From an uncultured Nitrospinota bacterium (GTDB lineage: Bacteria; Tectomicrobia; Entotheonellia; J063; CAVPRW01): a stretch of DNA of 64,000 nucleotides. Below, piece by piece: positions 1 through 11,473 of this stretch (its first letter is position 1; each line of letters opens with the position of its first letter). The translations under genes were made by a program, and so were the position numbers. The DNA lies in NCBI GenBank assembly GCA_963707985.1, contig CAVPRW010000017.1, positions 64,001 through 128,000 of the forward strand. Reading direction: 5' to 3'. The notes below the pieces were generated by a model that saw only the letters and a list, made by a program, of their open reading frames with translations, searched no databases and had not been told where the DNA came from.

Positions 1-67
1 CGTAGGCGCCGTTCGCCCCCCCGCCCGACAGAACGACTGCATGCTTGCCGCCGTCTGGATGTTCACG
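1..67 (-). CDS. Patatin-like phospholipase, N-terminus (runs off window edge)
   Basis: Reverse strand reads ...GGKHAVVLSGGGANGAY, the patatin Gly-rich oxyanion loop. An AAGGGAG RBS lies upstream. The start region appears frameshifted and the ORF is not in the supplied track. Confidence 0.6.
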
Positions 68-104
68 CGCTTACTCCCTTGACAACCCACTGAGGCAGGG
101 TCCG

Positions 105-1351
105 TCACCTGTCGAGCCAGTCAGGAATTTGCCGCCAGGTATGGAGCGCACCTGCAATCGTCTGGTAGTGCTGCATGAAGTGTTTCACCAAAAACTGTTT
201 ATCCAACTCTTCTCTCGAGATGCACAGCTGTCGCGCTGCCTGACCTCCACTTAACGCATTGGCTAACCAGATGAAGGTATACACCGGGTCGACGGTGCCG
301 CCGCTGAACGGCAGTTGATCGAGCACGCCTCGCAGTGGCGCCAAGAAACTCGAGGACAGCCCAAACGTCATCAGATCCGCCAACGTGAAGCTCCAGTCAA
401 CTGGGTTGAGGGGGAAATTCAGGATGCGGGTGGCCTGATTGACGACAAACACCATCTCGACGCGGATCCTCCCATCTTCGGATATTTGAAAATCGATGAT
501 TTCGATGGCGGCATCGAACTGCCCTGGGCCCATGGCTAAGAGGCCACTGGTTGGCTCCTTGATGAAGGCGTATCCCAAGCCGTAGCGTCCCAACACTCCC
601 GGTGCAGGATTGTCTTCATTCGTAATGAAATCGCGGGTCAGGACCAAGTAACTGGCCTCGCTGAGCGGCAAGACCACATAGGGGTTCTCCGAGCCAAACG
701 GCATGTACGTAAAGTAGAAATCGAAGATGCGCACCCTGACCACAATCCACTCGTACTTCTGGCCGATCTCGCGCAGATCGACGATGGCAAATTTCTCTTC
801 CTCGGGGAATCGACCGATCTGGCCGGAGTCACGTAACTTGTAGAAGAGCTGTGAGAACCCGAAGCCGACGCGCTCGCGGGTCCTCTGGAGGACATAGACT
901 GAATGGACGCAAATAGGGTGGTGGAGCAGCGCGCTTGTCTTCCATAGTGCCCTGAGGTTGGCGGAAATCACTGACATGCATGAAGTAGTGTAGGACATAC
1001 TCGCGGAGCTGTTCCCGCATCCACTGAGCGGATTCCGCCGTCTGACCGCGCTGCACTTTAGGGCGGTCAAAGAACATCGCTTGAAAGTTGCCCACCACTG
1101 GCATGCTGTGGCCCCCAACGTGGGCCTGGCCAAAGAAACCGTAGCCAGTGTCCGGCCGGTTAGTACGTCAATCCTAGCTCAAAACGCGTCGGGAAAGCAT
1201 TGGTGGCGCTGGTCTGCTTCCACCACTGCTTCAGTTGCAGACCAGCGCTGAGGTAGCTGTCCACACTGTTCAGGAGAGCACGGTCGTGGTCGGTCAGATT
1301 GACAATTCCCGTCAGGTCTGCTTGGGCGCTGGATATCTGTGCGTTACTCAT
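105..1351 (-). CDS. Hypothetical protein of the lipid cluster (~410 aa, frameshifted)
   Basis: Joined from three frames: MSNAQISS...RFELGLTY (tail of ORF 1160..1948), MPVVGNFQAMFFDRPK... (829..1104) and RERVGFGFSQLFYK...WRQIPDWLDR (105..1133). Confidence 0.6.
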
Positions 1352-1352
1352 C

Positions 1353-2725
1353 TCACCGGTTCCCCCTTCGAGTCGATCCACCAATACTGCAAAGATTGAT
1401 GCCGGAAGACCTCGCCGAGACCATACTGTGTCCTTCAGCACGTCATAATACCGTTGCAACGCCTCTTGGGCAGGCGCCCTTACCTGGCTGTTCCAGAGCT
1501 GCACGAGACGCGGATTGGATGGGTCGGGCTGGTATTGCAAGAAGGCCCTGAGATAGGGGTCATCTTTTTCGATGTCGTACCAGATCATGAGCGACGCACT
1601 CACCCCAGTGGAAAATGCATCGTTTGCAGATATGACACCACCATACTGTTTCAGAAAAGTCTCCAGGATCGCCGGGTGCCTGAGATTGACCAGGGTCACG
1701 GCCCACGCCAGTCCCCCCAGGGCATTGAGCCGCCCCAAGCTATGCGGTGGCTCTTCTTGTGCCATCTCGACGGCACGCCAGGTTGAGCTGGTACACGGCA
1801 GCGCGTTGATCGGCAGAAAATAGAGCCCACGGCCCACGCCGTGCCAGAAGTACCCGACAAGATCCGGATCGATTGCCGACAGCCGCCAGTCAATAATGCG
1901 GACTATCTGGGGGTAGAGCAGGCGCGTGACCAGCCCTAGGGCTTCCAATACTGCTCCCGTATAGCCTTCCCTGGAGTTCTGCTGACAAAGCGCGATAAAC
2001 TCGTCGGAGTAGGGTGTCGATTGCGATGTCAGGGCTCTGTGGCGTGAGGGAAGCGAGGAGACGACGCGCCAACGACAACCCCATGCCTGTATGTAGTGGG
2101 ATTAGACTCCTCGCCGGCAAGTCACGGACTTTGGCAGCCGTCAGCAGCTGCTGGGGCGTTCCGTTGTATTCCCAGTGCGTCTCGGCATAATACCGCCCCA
2201 GATCCTTCCATGACCCAGGGAGCGAGATAGGGATCGAGCGCATCAGCCTTCTCAACCAGCGCGATTAACGGGACGTCAGGCCCTGACGGCAGCTGCAAGG
2301 TCACATCCACATGTTCGAACAAGATTGAAAGCTTGCAGTTTATTCTTGAATTCCTGCCAGGCTAAGCGGTTCTCTCGTCCCGGCATGAGCCATCTACCGA
2401 CCTCGGCCGACTGCTGCATCACATCGAAGGTCAGCTTCGTCAGGTGACGTGGCGTAGAGGTATCAAGTGTCGACAAGACTCCACATGAGATCCAGCATAG
2501 CCTCTTTGCAGTTGCTCTCCAGCCTGGAAGATTGCCCTGCTCGACCTCTCCGAACTGCGTTTCAGCGGTGTGAGTGACCGCTGCAAAAGCGGCAGGCGCC
2601 TGAAGCCTGGCTGGGCTTGCATCACGTGGGGAGAGTATCCTCGCCACCTGCTCGGCACCGAAGAGAGACAACGCCCATACACAGGACATCATAGACTTGG
2701 TGCATTCACGATAATCGTCTGGCAT
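1353..2725 (-). CDS. Hypothetical helical protein, paralog of 6339..7715 (frameshifted)
   Basis: Pieces in ORFs 2276..2758, 2122..2322, 1890..2255 and 1160..1948 align colinearly with 6339..7721, e.g. YFWHGVGRGLYFLP vs YFWRGAGRAHYFLP and YQPDPSNPRLVQLW vs YQPDPTNPQLVQFW. Confidence 0.7.
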
Positions 2726-2797
2726 AGCACCGAGCGCTCCTCGAAGCGATTCGCCCATGGGATTGTAGAATGTTGCGCACTATGAGAGCCAGACAGG

Positions 2798-5700
2798 CTA
2801 CGGATGTGCGTCATCTGGGTTGTCTGGCTTTGTGTCCACATTCGAGACGTACCCCGCGCCGATCTGGATACCTACATAGGGTGTTTCCCGCGAGGTCGAG
2901 ATCTGGACCGTTGCCGTCTGGATACTGTCCACCCCATCCTTGCTCCACATACCGTAGCCGGCAAAGGTCACGGTATCGTACTCGGCGGGTGATGCTTGTG
3001 ACGTCAACGAGTTACCGAAACCCACCCAGGTCAGGCTGTGCAGACGGAACGATCCCTTTTGAGTGTGGTTTATCATATTCAAACTTCGCTGGGTGTTTGC
3101 TGGACTCACCAGGAATCACATAGCTAAACGAGAAACGCTCACCTGTGGACGTCGCAATCACGTCTTTCGCCTGGCCTTCCTTGATATAGTGTTTAACGTC
3201 CTCATCCTGCATGGCCCGGATCCAGAGATAGGGATCAAGTCGTGAGGGGCTCAAGACCGTCACAGTGGTTGCGAGGTTCGGCGTTGGGTACTTGAAGCCT
3301 TTAGGGTACGGTACGAGCACCACACCTTGATAGCGAAAGACCAGTTCTCCACGCCTGCCTTTTTGGAACTGCGCAGGACCACGGAAGAAGAACGAGGACT
3401 TAGGTGTCCGCGGTTCGACGTGCAGTAGTGCATAGATGACATTGAGATTGATAAAGCCTCGATGGAGCATCTCGTTAAGCAGCCGTCCAGTCTTGAGATT
3501 GACCGCCCCTACAGAGAAATCAAAGGGGTCATCCAGGACAGCCAAGTCATTCTGGGAATAAGTACGCAGCGGAAACCGCAGCTTTGCGTCAAAGCCTCTG
3601 GGACCAGGAGGCAGCGGCGCAGGGAAGGTCTCAGAGATCGGCGAATCGGGCAACGGAGCCAACAAGCCGCCCGCATTGAGATGCAATACGGCGACAGGAA
3701 CGGAGCCGCCAGAGGGTTCACCGAACTGGAGCTGGGCTCGCCCTAGGACATGCGAGCGGCCCGTTGCGGGCCCCCCGAACTCCGGGACGTCCAGAGTAAA
3801 CTTATCACCAAAGGCGCTGTTGTGAGTGTGCAGGGTGAGTTCCTGAATCGTATTGAACGGGATATCCGGCAGGTCCTCTTGCCCTGTCGGGGCCTCCGGC
3901 TCCTTGGTGCTGAGGTGCAGGTGCGGATGCATGACCGTACCTTTTGACGGAATCGTGGCATATTGCTGCGTGGGACTGACAATAGGCAGCGGCCAACGTA
4001 TATTCTCATTGAAAGGATCCCAGTGGCACGAAGGTCGAACCGTAAAAGGTGAAATCCAGCAGTCCATCGGACCGCGGCTCAAACTTCACCCAGGCCGAGC
4101 CGTATTGCCCGGGAAAAGCAATAGGTCCCGCCTTGTCACGCGTTCCTGGTAACAGGGGGAAATTGGGGTTGACGCTTGCCAGGGCGACGAGGGCATTGCT
4201 CGTATAGGTGGCCGAGAACTGCAACTGCGGCACACCTCCCTCTCCAAAGGCGGCCTCCCCAGTCCGTAGATCCAGTTTCCCCGAGGAAATCAGGCCAGGC
4301 ACGGCGTCGACGCGGTTGTACTGAAAGGGCATTTTGAAGAACCGGGGTGTGGTCAGAACGCTATCTTCGCCGATAAAACCGCCCTCGTAGTAGACCTCAA
4401 AGTCGCAGATGTTGTCGACAGGGGAGGAAAATTTAATGCGGATGGAACCACTGAGGTGGCTATCCACTATCGCGAGCCCGCCGAAAAGCAGGTTGTTGCA
4501 ACTGCCCCACTGGATACCCTGTGCATCCTGGCAGTCCAGAGCGGCGATCGCGTCACCGAAATAACTGGCCGCCTTGCTCAACGGCAGCACCTGCTCCAGA
4601 CCGGGAGGAAGCTGCAGGAGCCCCCTAGAGGCCTCCGCAGGCTGTCTGGAGGCTTCCCTGAGCATAGAGGCTTGTGCGGCAGAGGCATATTGTCGAGCGT
4701 CAGACGCAGACGACGACGGGCTGGCAAATTCCAGCCTGGGCTGAAAGTCCAACAGGTCACTTTTAGCCCATGTAGGTCCTTCAGCCTGGCGGAAGTCCGC
4801 CACTGGATCTCGATAGACTCACCGTGTACACATCGATCGGCGGGAAATTTGCCCCAAAGGCGCAATTAAGGAGACACAGTAGCTCATTGGCGATGAGGGC
4901 ATGACCGGTCGCGCCAGGATAATACCCATTTAGCGTGTAAAACCCGCCGAGGAATTCCGCCGTCAGTCGGCGCGATCCGACGTCGATTCCCTCATGGGCG
5001 ATGCGGTGGAAGAAGGCCTGTAGGTCATACACCAGGGCACCCCGTTCCTGTGCCAGGGCCACGAGTTCCTCGTTCAACTCGCGAATGTGGCTACGGATCT
5101 GGTTGGCGACCGCAACGCTCAGCACCATATCCGGGCTCAGGAATGTGATAGCGCTACCAAAAATCTGGCATCCCAATCTGCATGATGCCATTGACGGTAA
5201 GCAGCGCATCGGGTTTCAGCGCGTACGCCTCCAGGAGGAATGCTGGTTCTACTTTCAAGATCTTGGCGGCAGTATCGATGGTGGCGAAGTGGGCCGTGTC
5301 GAACGGATCAGGAATCGTCAGTACTAACAGTTCTGATCCTGCTTCCTTCAAAGGGGTGAGGAGACGCTCGTAGTCAACACGGAAAGAGCCTACATCAGGG
5401 AGCAAGCCAGGCTCACCTTTGACCGCCGCTTCAAGGGCTTCGTGGTATCCGAGTGCAATCACGGTGAAGGTCGGATGCCGTTGCAGGGCCAACTCGAGCT
5501 GGGTCAGCAGCGGTTCTCCACGTGCCATGGCGCGTAGCCCTAGAATCAGATTGGCTGCCGTCTGTGTTCGCATCATGGCGGTGGACCAGGGGCTGCAGCC
5601 GGTCGCAGATTGAGCGCGTCATCCAGCGTGAAACCGGGCACCGCAAGATTGGACGCCGGCGGTGGTGGTAGCTCGTCCAGCACGGTTGTCTGCAAAAACG

Positions 5701-6284
5701 CCGGAACGACTACTGGCAAGTGCTCAAAGCCCACGGGATTGCCGATGACCAGGAGCTTGCATCAGTGGTTGGGCGAATTGGACCTGCATTTGCCGAGCCA
5801 TTTGGGCCGGAAAGCTCGCGCGCTGGGGGTCTGCAAACAGCGAAAAATTGCCCATGCCAGCGGCAAGTCCCTCACCCAGCACGATGAAGGTCGTCGTATT
5901 CAGCCTACCACTATCAACTCGTATCGTCTGTGCTGGCGCTGTGACGGATTGCGCAGGCGCGGAGGCAGGCTTGGAGGCAGAGGGCGGCGTTTGCGGGTCG
6001 CCGCTTGCAGGTCTTGAGAGCTGGAGGAGACTGCTCGGTAGGGAGGACACCGAACATCATGTCCACCATGCTTCTTTGCCATCTATCTCCAGCTTGAAAT
6101 ACCTCCTTGATCACACCATCCAGCTGCTGCTTCGGTGGCGTGTGTGACGGCATCGAACGCGGTGGCGGCTTTGTTTTGCGGCTGGTTTCGAGTCCGGTGG
6201 CGTCAAGAGGTTTCCAAGCTGCTTGACGCCAAATAGCGACATGCCCCAGGAGAAGCTGAGCATTGACTTGATCAGTTCACGCAT
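2798..6284 (-). CDS. Large multidomain protein: shared N-terminal domain + degenerate SGNH/GDSL domain + unknown C-terminal domains (multiply frameshifted)
   Basis: Overlapping ORFs 6111..6311, 5914..6153, 5724..6050, 5154..5576, 4781..5209, 4006..4803, 3012..4082 and 2798..3109. SGNH-like blocks are FIVLGEGLAAG, NLAVPG, LGYHEAL and LNGYYPGATGHALIAN. It could be more than one gene. Confidence 0.55.
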
Positions 6285-6338
6285 GACTGACACCTTATTC
6301 TGAAAGGACACTTGTTTCTGCTCAGTGCAGCACGAATC

Positions 6339-7715
6339 TTACCCTCTGAAGCGAGGAGACGTCGTATCTTCCAGTTGCGCGACCAGTGCCGGGAGTGATT
6401 GATAGCGAAAGATCTCCCCGAGACAATGGTGCTGCTTCAGTATGGGATAATAATCTTGCAAAGCGACTGTGACCGGTCGCTGCACCAGGTCATGCCAAAA
6501 CTGCACGAGTTGCGGATTGGTTGGGTCTGGCTGGTATTGATAGAACGGGGCGATGAATGGAGCAGTCGGTGTGGTGTCGTACCGCATCATAAACGTGGAC
6601 GCCACCCCATTGGCAAAACCGTCGTCTGCAGCCACTTGCGCACCGTGATATTGCACAAAGGTCGCTACAACCTGTGGATGGCGAATGTTGACCGTCGAGA
6701 AACCCCAGGCCAAGCCCGCAATAGCATTGAGCCAGGCACGGTTATTAGGTACGGCTTGCCGGATCATCCTGAAGGCGTGCCAGACCGAGCCATAGGCCGG
6801 GACAAAGTGAATCGGGAGGAAGTAGTGTGCTCGCCCCGCGCCGCGCCAGAAGTAGTCGAAGGCCTCCGGGTCCATGTGCTCCAATTCCCGGCTCACAAGC
6901 TGGACCATCTGGTCAGGGCGCGTCTCGTTATAAAACTGCCCATTCCGCGTAATCAGGCCGAGGGATTCCAGGGCTGCACCCTCATAACCGGGTGTGGCAT
7001 TGTCGCGACACAGCGCCGTAATCTGTCCAAGCACATGGCGAATATCGGCCGGAGCACTCAGATGGTTGACCATCTTTATCCAGTGCTGGGCAAAGGACAT
7101 GCCGATGCCGGCGTTGAGCATAGTAAAACTTTCCTCAGGGACATCACGGATATACGCATCCCTGAGGATGCCTCGTGGCACTTCCTGGCGTGTGAAAAAC
7201 GTATCCCCGTACCAATGCCCTATACCTTCCACGGCCCACAGAGTAGCGTATTGGTCCATGGCATAAGCCATTTGGACAGCTTCAAGCAATGACGGGTATG
7301 GTGGCACTGAGGAAAGTTGCAATGTGGTTGGAATATTGCGCACCAGGGTAAACACCTGCACCTTATTCTGCAGTTCCCGCAAGGTGAGCCAACCGCCCTG
7401 TCCGGGCTCCAAGTTGCGCAAGACCTCTGCGGACTGCTGCCAGAGCTCCGAGTTTGCTTCGCTCCACGGACTGAACACCTCTGGTGTGAGCAGGCGGAAC
7501 GCCCAGTCCGTCATGTCTCGTTGCAAGTTATCGCCAAGCAAGTAGAGGCCCTGGACTAACTCGCTTAACTGCCCTCCAGCCGCCTGCGTGAGCGCGTCGA
7601 AGGCTGTTGTCGCTTTCTGGGAGTTCTGCGGCAATAGGATGTTGGCCAGCTGCGCGACGCCCAACAGCGACATGGCCCACGGAAAGCTGAGCGTCGACTT
7701 GGTTAGTTCACGCAT
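6339..7715 (-). CDS. Hypothetical helical protein with shared N-terminal domain
   Basis: Intact ~458 aa ORF with GGAGG RBS; begins MRELTKSTLSFPWAMSLLG. Confidence 0.85.
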   Translation of the reverse strand: MRELTKSTLSFPWAMSLLGVAQLANILLPQNSQKATTAFDALTQAAGGQLSELVQGLYLLGDNLQRDMTDWAFRLLTPEVFSPWSEANSELWQQSAEVLRNLEPGQGGWLTLRELQNKVQVFTLVRNIPTTLQLSSVPPYPSLLEAVQMAYAMDQYATLWAVEGIGHWYGDTFFTRQEVPRGILRDAYIRDVPEESFTMLNAGIGMSFAQHWIKMVNHLSAPADIRHVLGQITALCRDNATPGYEGAALESLGLITRNGQFYNETRPDQMVQLVSRELEHMDPEAFDYFWRGAGRAHYFLPIHFVPAYGSVWHAFRMIRQAVPNNRAWLNAIAGLAWGFSTVNIRHPQVVATFVQYHGAQVAADDGFANGVASTFMMRYDTTPTAPFIAPFYQYQPDPTNPQLVQFWHDLVQRPVTVALQDYYPILKQHHCLGEIFRYQSLPALVAQLEDTTSPRFRG

Positions 7716-7760
7716 GTGCACCCTCCCTCTTGCTCGGCGGAACGGCGCCCCCTCCAGACC

Positions 7761-8500
7761 TCACGCTTTGAACACCAGGATCGCGTGAGTACCCCCAAAG
7801 CCAAAAGAGTTGAACAGGGCGACCTTCGCCTTGTGATATCAGGCATCATGCGGCACATAGTCGAGGTCACACTCGGCATCGGGATGCTCGTAATTCAACG
7901 TGGGCGACAGCATGCCGTAATAAATGGCCAGGACGGTAAAGGTGGCTTCGACCCATCCTGTAGCTCCGAGTAAGTGTCCAGTTATTGACTTGGTCGAACT
8001 CGCCGCGAGGCGGTAGACATGCCGGCCAAGGACTTGCTCGATCGCCATAGTTTCGCCTTTATCGTTAGTACGGCGTGGACGGGCCGTGGGCATTGACGTA
8101 CTCGACCTCTTCCGGCTGCACGCCGGCATGAGCCAGTGCGATCTTGACACAGCGGGCCACGCCCTGTACTCCCGAGTTGGGCACGGTCATATGAAAGGCA
8201 TCTCCGGTCACCCCGTAGCCGATGATCTCAGCATAGATGCGGGCTCCCCCGCTGCTTCACCTTTTCCCGCTCGTCCAGCACCAGTATGCCTACCCTTTTA
8301 CCTATGGACAAAGCCATCTCGATCCCGATCAAAGGGACGACCGGCGCGCTTCAGTTCGTCGTTTCGCGTCGAGAGCATCTTGATAAATCATCAAGGCATC
8401 GCCAATGACTTGATTCGCGGTGGCACAGGCTGTAGGAACACGTGAATTGGGGTCATGAGCCCCTAGCTGAATGGCCACTAGTCCGGCCACCGTGCTCATG
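7761..8500 (-). pseudogene. fabF: FabF-type beta-ketoacyl-ACP synthase remnant
   Basis: Fragments in different frames with internal deletions: [72 protein letters not shown]. Confidence 0.75.
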
Positions 8501-8809
8501 GTGTTTTCTCACTATCGAGGTGTCATCTCCCTATCCAGTGTGGCCATGAGGCTTCGCACCGTCCCTGTTCTGAACGAGTGATGGCACACTAGGGAGGTGC
8601 GCATCTTCTCCACTTGTATCGCAGTAGGCCGTGGATGCCGCTTAAGGTGTGGATACTGAGTCATTGAGCGTCACTCTCTGTACTATTCCTGTTGTGCTGG
8701 TCTGCGGACCAGCATTTTGTGGTTCGAACCGGTGCCGGATGATGGGCCGTGTTACCCTGCAGTCGCCAGGACACTCAAGGTAAATCCCACCACGTCCGTC
8801 CCTTGGCCA

Positions 8810-9025
8810 TACAATGCCCCCTTGGGTCGAGAAGGCCTGCTGGTCTTGGTGCACATGCTGCAACCCTTGATTGCCGAGTTGGTCGCTCGCAACCAAGCAT
8901 TGCGCCGAGATCGAACGGTGCATGCGTGATAGGCAACGGCAAGCCGTGCCCTTTTCCAGAGGCACCCGGGTGTCGAAGCCGGAGCGCCCTGGACACAGGC
9001 ACGGACCTTGCCCCTTGCGCTACAG
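8810..9025 (+). mobile_element. Transposase N-terminal remnant (IS66-like)
   Basis: Coiled-coil LQPLIAELVARNQALR followed by AEIER..RQAVPFSRGTRVSKPERPG, which resembles IS66 transposase N-termini; truncated at the 3' end of the 9020..9712 gene. Confidence 0.5.
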
Positions 9026-9712
9026 CGGGCTCCTGTTTGTGGAATTGTCTTTTAAAGTCTTCGAGATATCCCTAAGGATATCGATCTGTTCCTCTTCATA
9101 TTTGAACCGCTCTCGTGGATAGCGATCAAGCACTTCGTAGAAGACACGTAGATATTTCTTGTCGTCTTCTGGAAACCCTGTCAATATACGATCATTGCCC
9201 TTTGCTTCGATATACTTCTGGATTTCTGCATAGTCCTCCCAGCCCTTAGGGACCTTGATATCTTTATCATCCTTGAGGCGTTGGATAAAATGCGCAATCT
9301 TCCAAGCGGTATAAGCCGCGGCATCTGTATTGTCTGACACAAGCTCTTCCTCTTCCGGAAAAGCATGTTCATAATCACGCTTCACGAAGAGGATTTTGTA
9401 CCGAACGAGCTTAAGCATGTCATCGCGCAGGTCTTTATCTGCCATCTTCGTTTCCTCCTCTGGGGTTGTCTGATACATTGTTTCGGCACTATCTGCAATA
9501 GTGCCATCGGGTACATCACTTGTGGGATCGCTCTCACTGCTCGGCCGGTCACCGACAGGCTGAACGATCTCGCTTACCATCGCATCAATACCCTGGTAGG
9601 CTATTTTTTGTATGCCTTGTATAGTTTTGACAAACATCTCCATACTCAAGACAAACGCATCGAAAGGCAATTTCAGCATCTGCCCAAAAAATTGGATCAT
9701 CTCGGTCGCCAA
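9020..9712 (-). CDS. Hypothetical protein (amphipathic N-terminal helix, linker, charged C-terminal domain)
   Basis: 230 aa ORF starting 6 bp after the pseudokinase stop; lower GC than its neighbours. Confidence 0.75.
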   Translation of the reverse strand: MATEMIQFFGQMLKLPFDAFVLSMEMFVKTIQGIQKIAYQGIDAMVSEIVQPVGDRPSSESDPTSDVPDGTIADSAETMYQTTPEEETKMADKDLRDDMLKLVRYKILFVKRDYEHAFPEEEELVSDNTDAAAYTAWKIAHFIQRLKDDKDIKVPKGWEDYAEIQKYIEAKGNDRILTGFPEDDKKYLRVFYEVLDRYPRERFKYEEEQIDILRDISKTLKDNSTNRSPL

Positions 9713-9718
9713 GTTTCG

Positions 9719-11404
9719 TTACGCATGACTGGCGGCCCGTAGCAACAGCGCTCCGAGCAGTACAAACACAATCGCACTGACTCTCTCGAACCACGCACCA
9801 GCGACCCCTGATAGCGTCAGATGATGCGACAGTAAAGCACATGCCCCTAGGACGAGGAGCAAAGCGATCATCACGGCTGACGAGTTCTTCTGGCGGTGAT
9901 GTCCGGCTCCCCCCGCTTCCTGCAATTTCAGCCGGGTGCTGCTCTCAGCGACGAGCGTCAGAGCCTCATCGAGCTTTTGGGGCAGTCCCATCATCATCAC
10001 GACATATCGGTCCAGGTTGTCGCTTAATTGCGATAGTCCCAGCACGTCGCGAAACTGTGCCAGCATCTCGATCATGCGCACCTCTTGCAGCCCGGCTAGT
10101 AACGGGTCACTGTACGGCGCAAGGCGTTGCCCATGAGCTGCTGTCTGGAACAGTCCTCGGTAGAAAGCTAGCAAGTGGCGCTGTGGTCGGAGTCGTCGTT
10201 TACTGACGAGCTTCCAATGCACAAACAGATGTTCTGCGAGGCCGCGGCTGTCCCCGTCGGTGCTCCATCCACCGTCACGGAACGGCACGATCTCTCTGAA
10301 CCTGTGACGCAACTCCTCCTCATCGACGGCCTTGCCCTCCGGCATCATTTCTCCCAGCAAACAGGAGCAGGCCTTCTCGGGGTCTTCGGTCGACGTCGCA
10401 ATCAAATAGTGCCAGAGATTTTTCTTGGTGTCAGACGACAGCCGCGTAAACTCACCGCCGGTGAAGGTGATCTGTTTATTGGGCAACACCACAATGTTCT
10501 CCGGAGATAGGGCAACCGGAAACCAGCTCCCCAATAGCACCTGCCGCAACCACACCAGACACAGACGCTTGGCCAGATCATTTAGATCGAATCCTAAGTC
10601 TTCAGATATCGCACCTCTTGTGACATGCTCCTCTGATTCCCTGCTATCTAATAGTGCTATGATATCCTGAAGGTTCCGGCCAGACAAGCATTCAATCGTG
10701 ATCACATTCGCTGAGCAATGATCTTTCATTACTAATGGAACTCTTATAAGCTCGAATCTGTTCGCATCTTCAGCAAGCTCCTCAATGGCTTTAACCTCTT
10801 GGATCAGATCAATTTGTTCCTGTAGTGTGTGGCGAAAATCATCTATAGCGTTTTCAATGGGAATACTACCCCAGTCTTCACTTGAAACAGCCGTTTGCAA
10901 GACCTGCAGTAAGTCTATGTCCAATCCATACAGTTCTTGCCATTCGGAACGAATGACTTTAACCGTAACGGCCGTGCCGTTTTCAAGCACCGCACGGTGG
11001 GACTGGAACATTAGCCGAGACTCAAATGGAACGTCCTCGAAATTGACGTAGACCTCTTCTGGTAAACAGGAAAACTCTTGCGCGATCAATGCGCGCACAG
11101 CGGAAATCGGTGTCGTCTCCACGTGGCTGACAATGCGGGCCAGATCGAGGCAAGCATTCACCGGCAGTAAGTCAACCCGTGAGGACAGATAGAGACCGAA
11201 TGAAGAAAAAACTGGGCCAAGGCTTTCCAGGGCTTTGCGGAGTCTATGACTATGCGTCCCTTGCATGCGGCTGCCGCTTGGGCGGCCCGTGAAACGACCG
11301 GGGGCGGGCATCAGACCATGGACGGTGAGGCACTGTTCAATCTCTTGCCGCCTATGCTTCAGCGTCGCTCGGAGCATCCGCTTTCTTGCAAGGCGTTCTC
11401 TCAT
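9719..11404 (-). CDS. ABC1/AarF/UbiB-family pseudokinase with C-terminal TM helices
   Basis: LRKALESLGPVFSSFGLYLSSRVDLLP and VTVKV match the ABC1 N-lobe; HADxHxxN is replaced by FPVALSPEN and DFG is absent. Confidence 0.8.
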   Translation of the reverse strand: MRERLARKRMLRATLKHRRQEIEQCLTVHGLMPAPGRFTGRPSGSRMQGTHSHRLRKALESLGPVFSSFGLYLSSRVDLLPVNACLDLARIVSHVETTPISAVRALIAQEFSCLPEEVYVNFEDVPFESRLMFQSHRAVLENGTAVTVKVIRSEWQELYGLDIDLLQVLQTAVSSEDWGSIPIENAIDDFRHTLQEQIDLIQEVKAIEELAEDANRFELIRVPLVMKDHCSANVITIECLSGRNLQDIIALLDSRESEEHVTRGAISEDLGFDLNDLAKRLCLVWLRQVLLGSWFPVALSPENIVVLPNKQITFTGGEFTRLSSDTKKNLWHYLIATSTEDPEKACSCLLGEMMPEGKAVDEEELRHRFREIVPFRDGGWSTDGDSRGLAEHLFVHWKLVSKRRLRPQRHLLAFYRGLFQTAAHGQRLAPYSDPLLAGLQEVRMIEMLAQFRDVLGLSQLSDNLDRYVVMMMGLPQKLDEALTLVAESSTRLKLQEAGGAGHHRQKNSSAVMIALLLVLGACALLSHHLTLSGVAGAWFERVSAIVFVLLGALLLRAASHA

Positions 11405-11473
11405 CGAAAGCCTTCACTCACCGTGATGCAACCATACAGGCTGCCCCCTGGCACATAGGACTCCCTTTCAAGG

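Noticed and set aside
6399..7292. 297 aa plus-strand ORF and similar antisense ORFs
   Set aside because: Antisense to well-supported genes and without motifs
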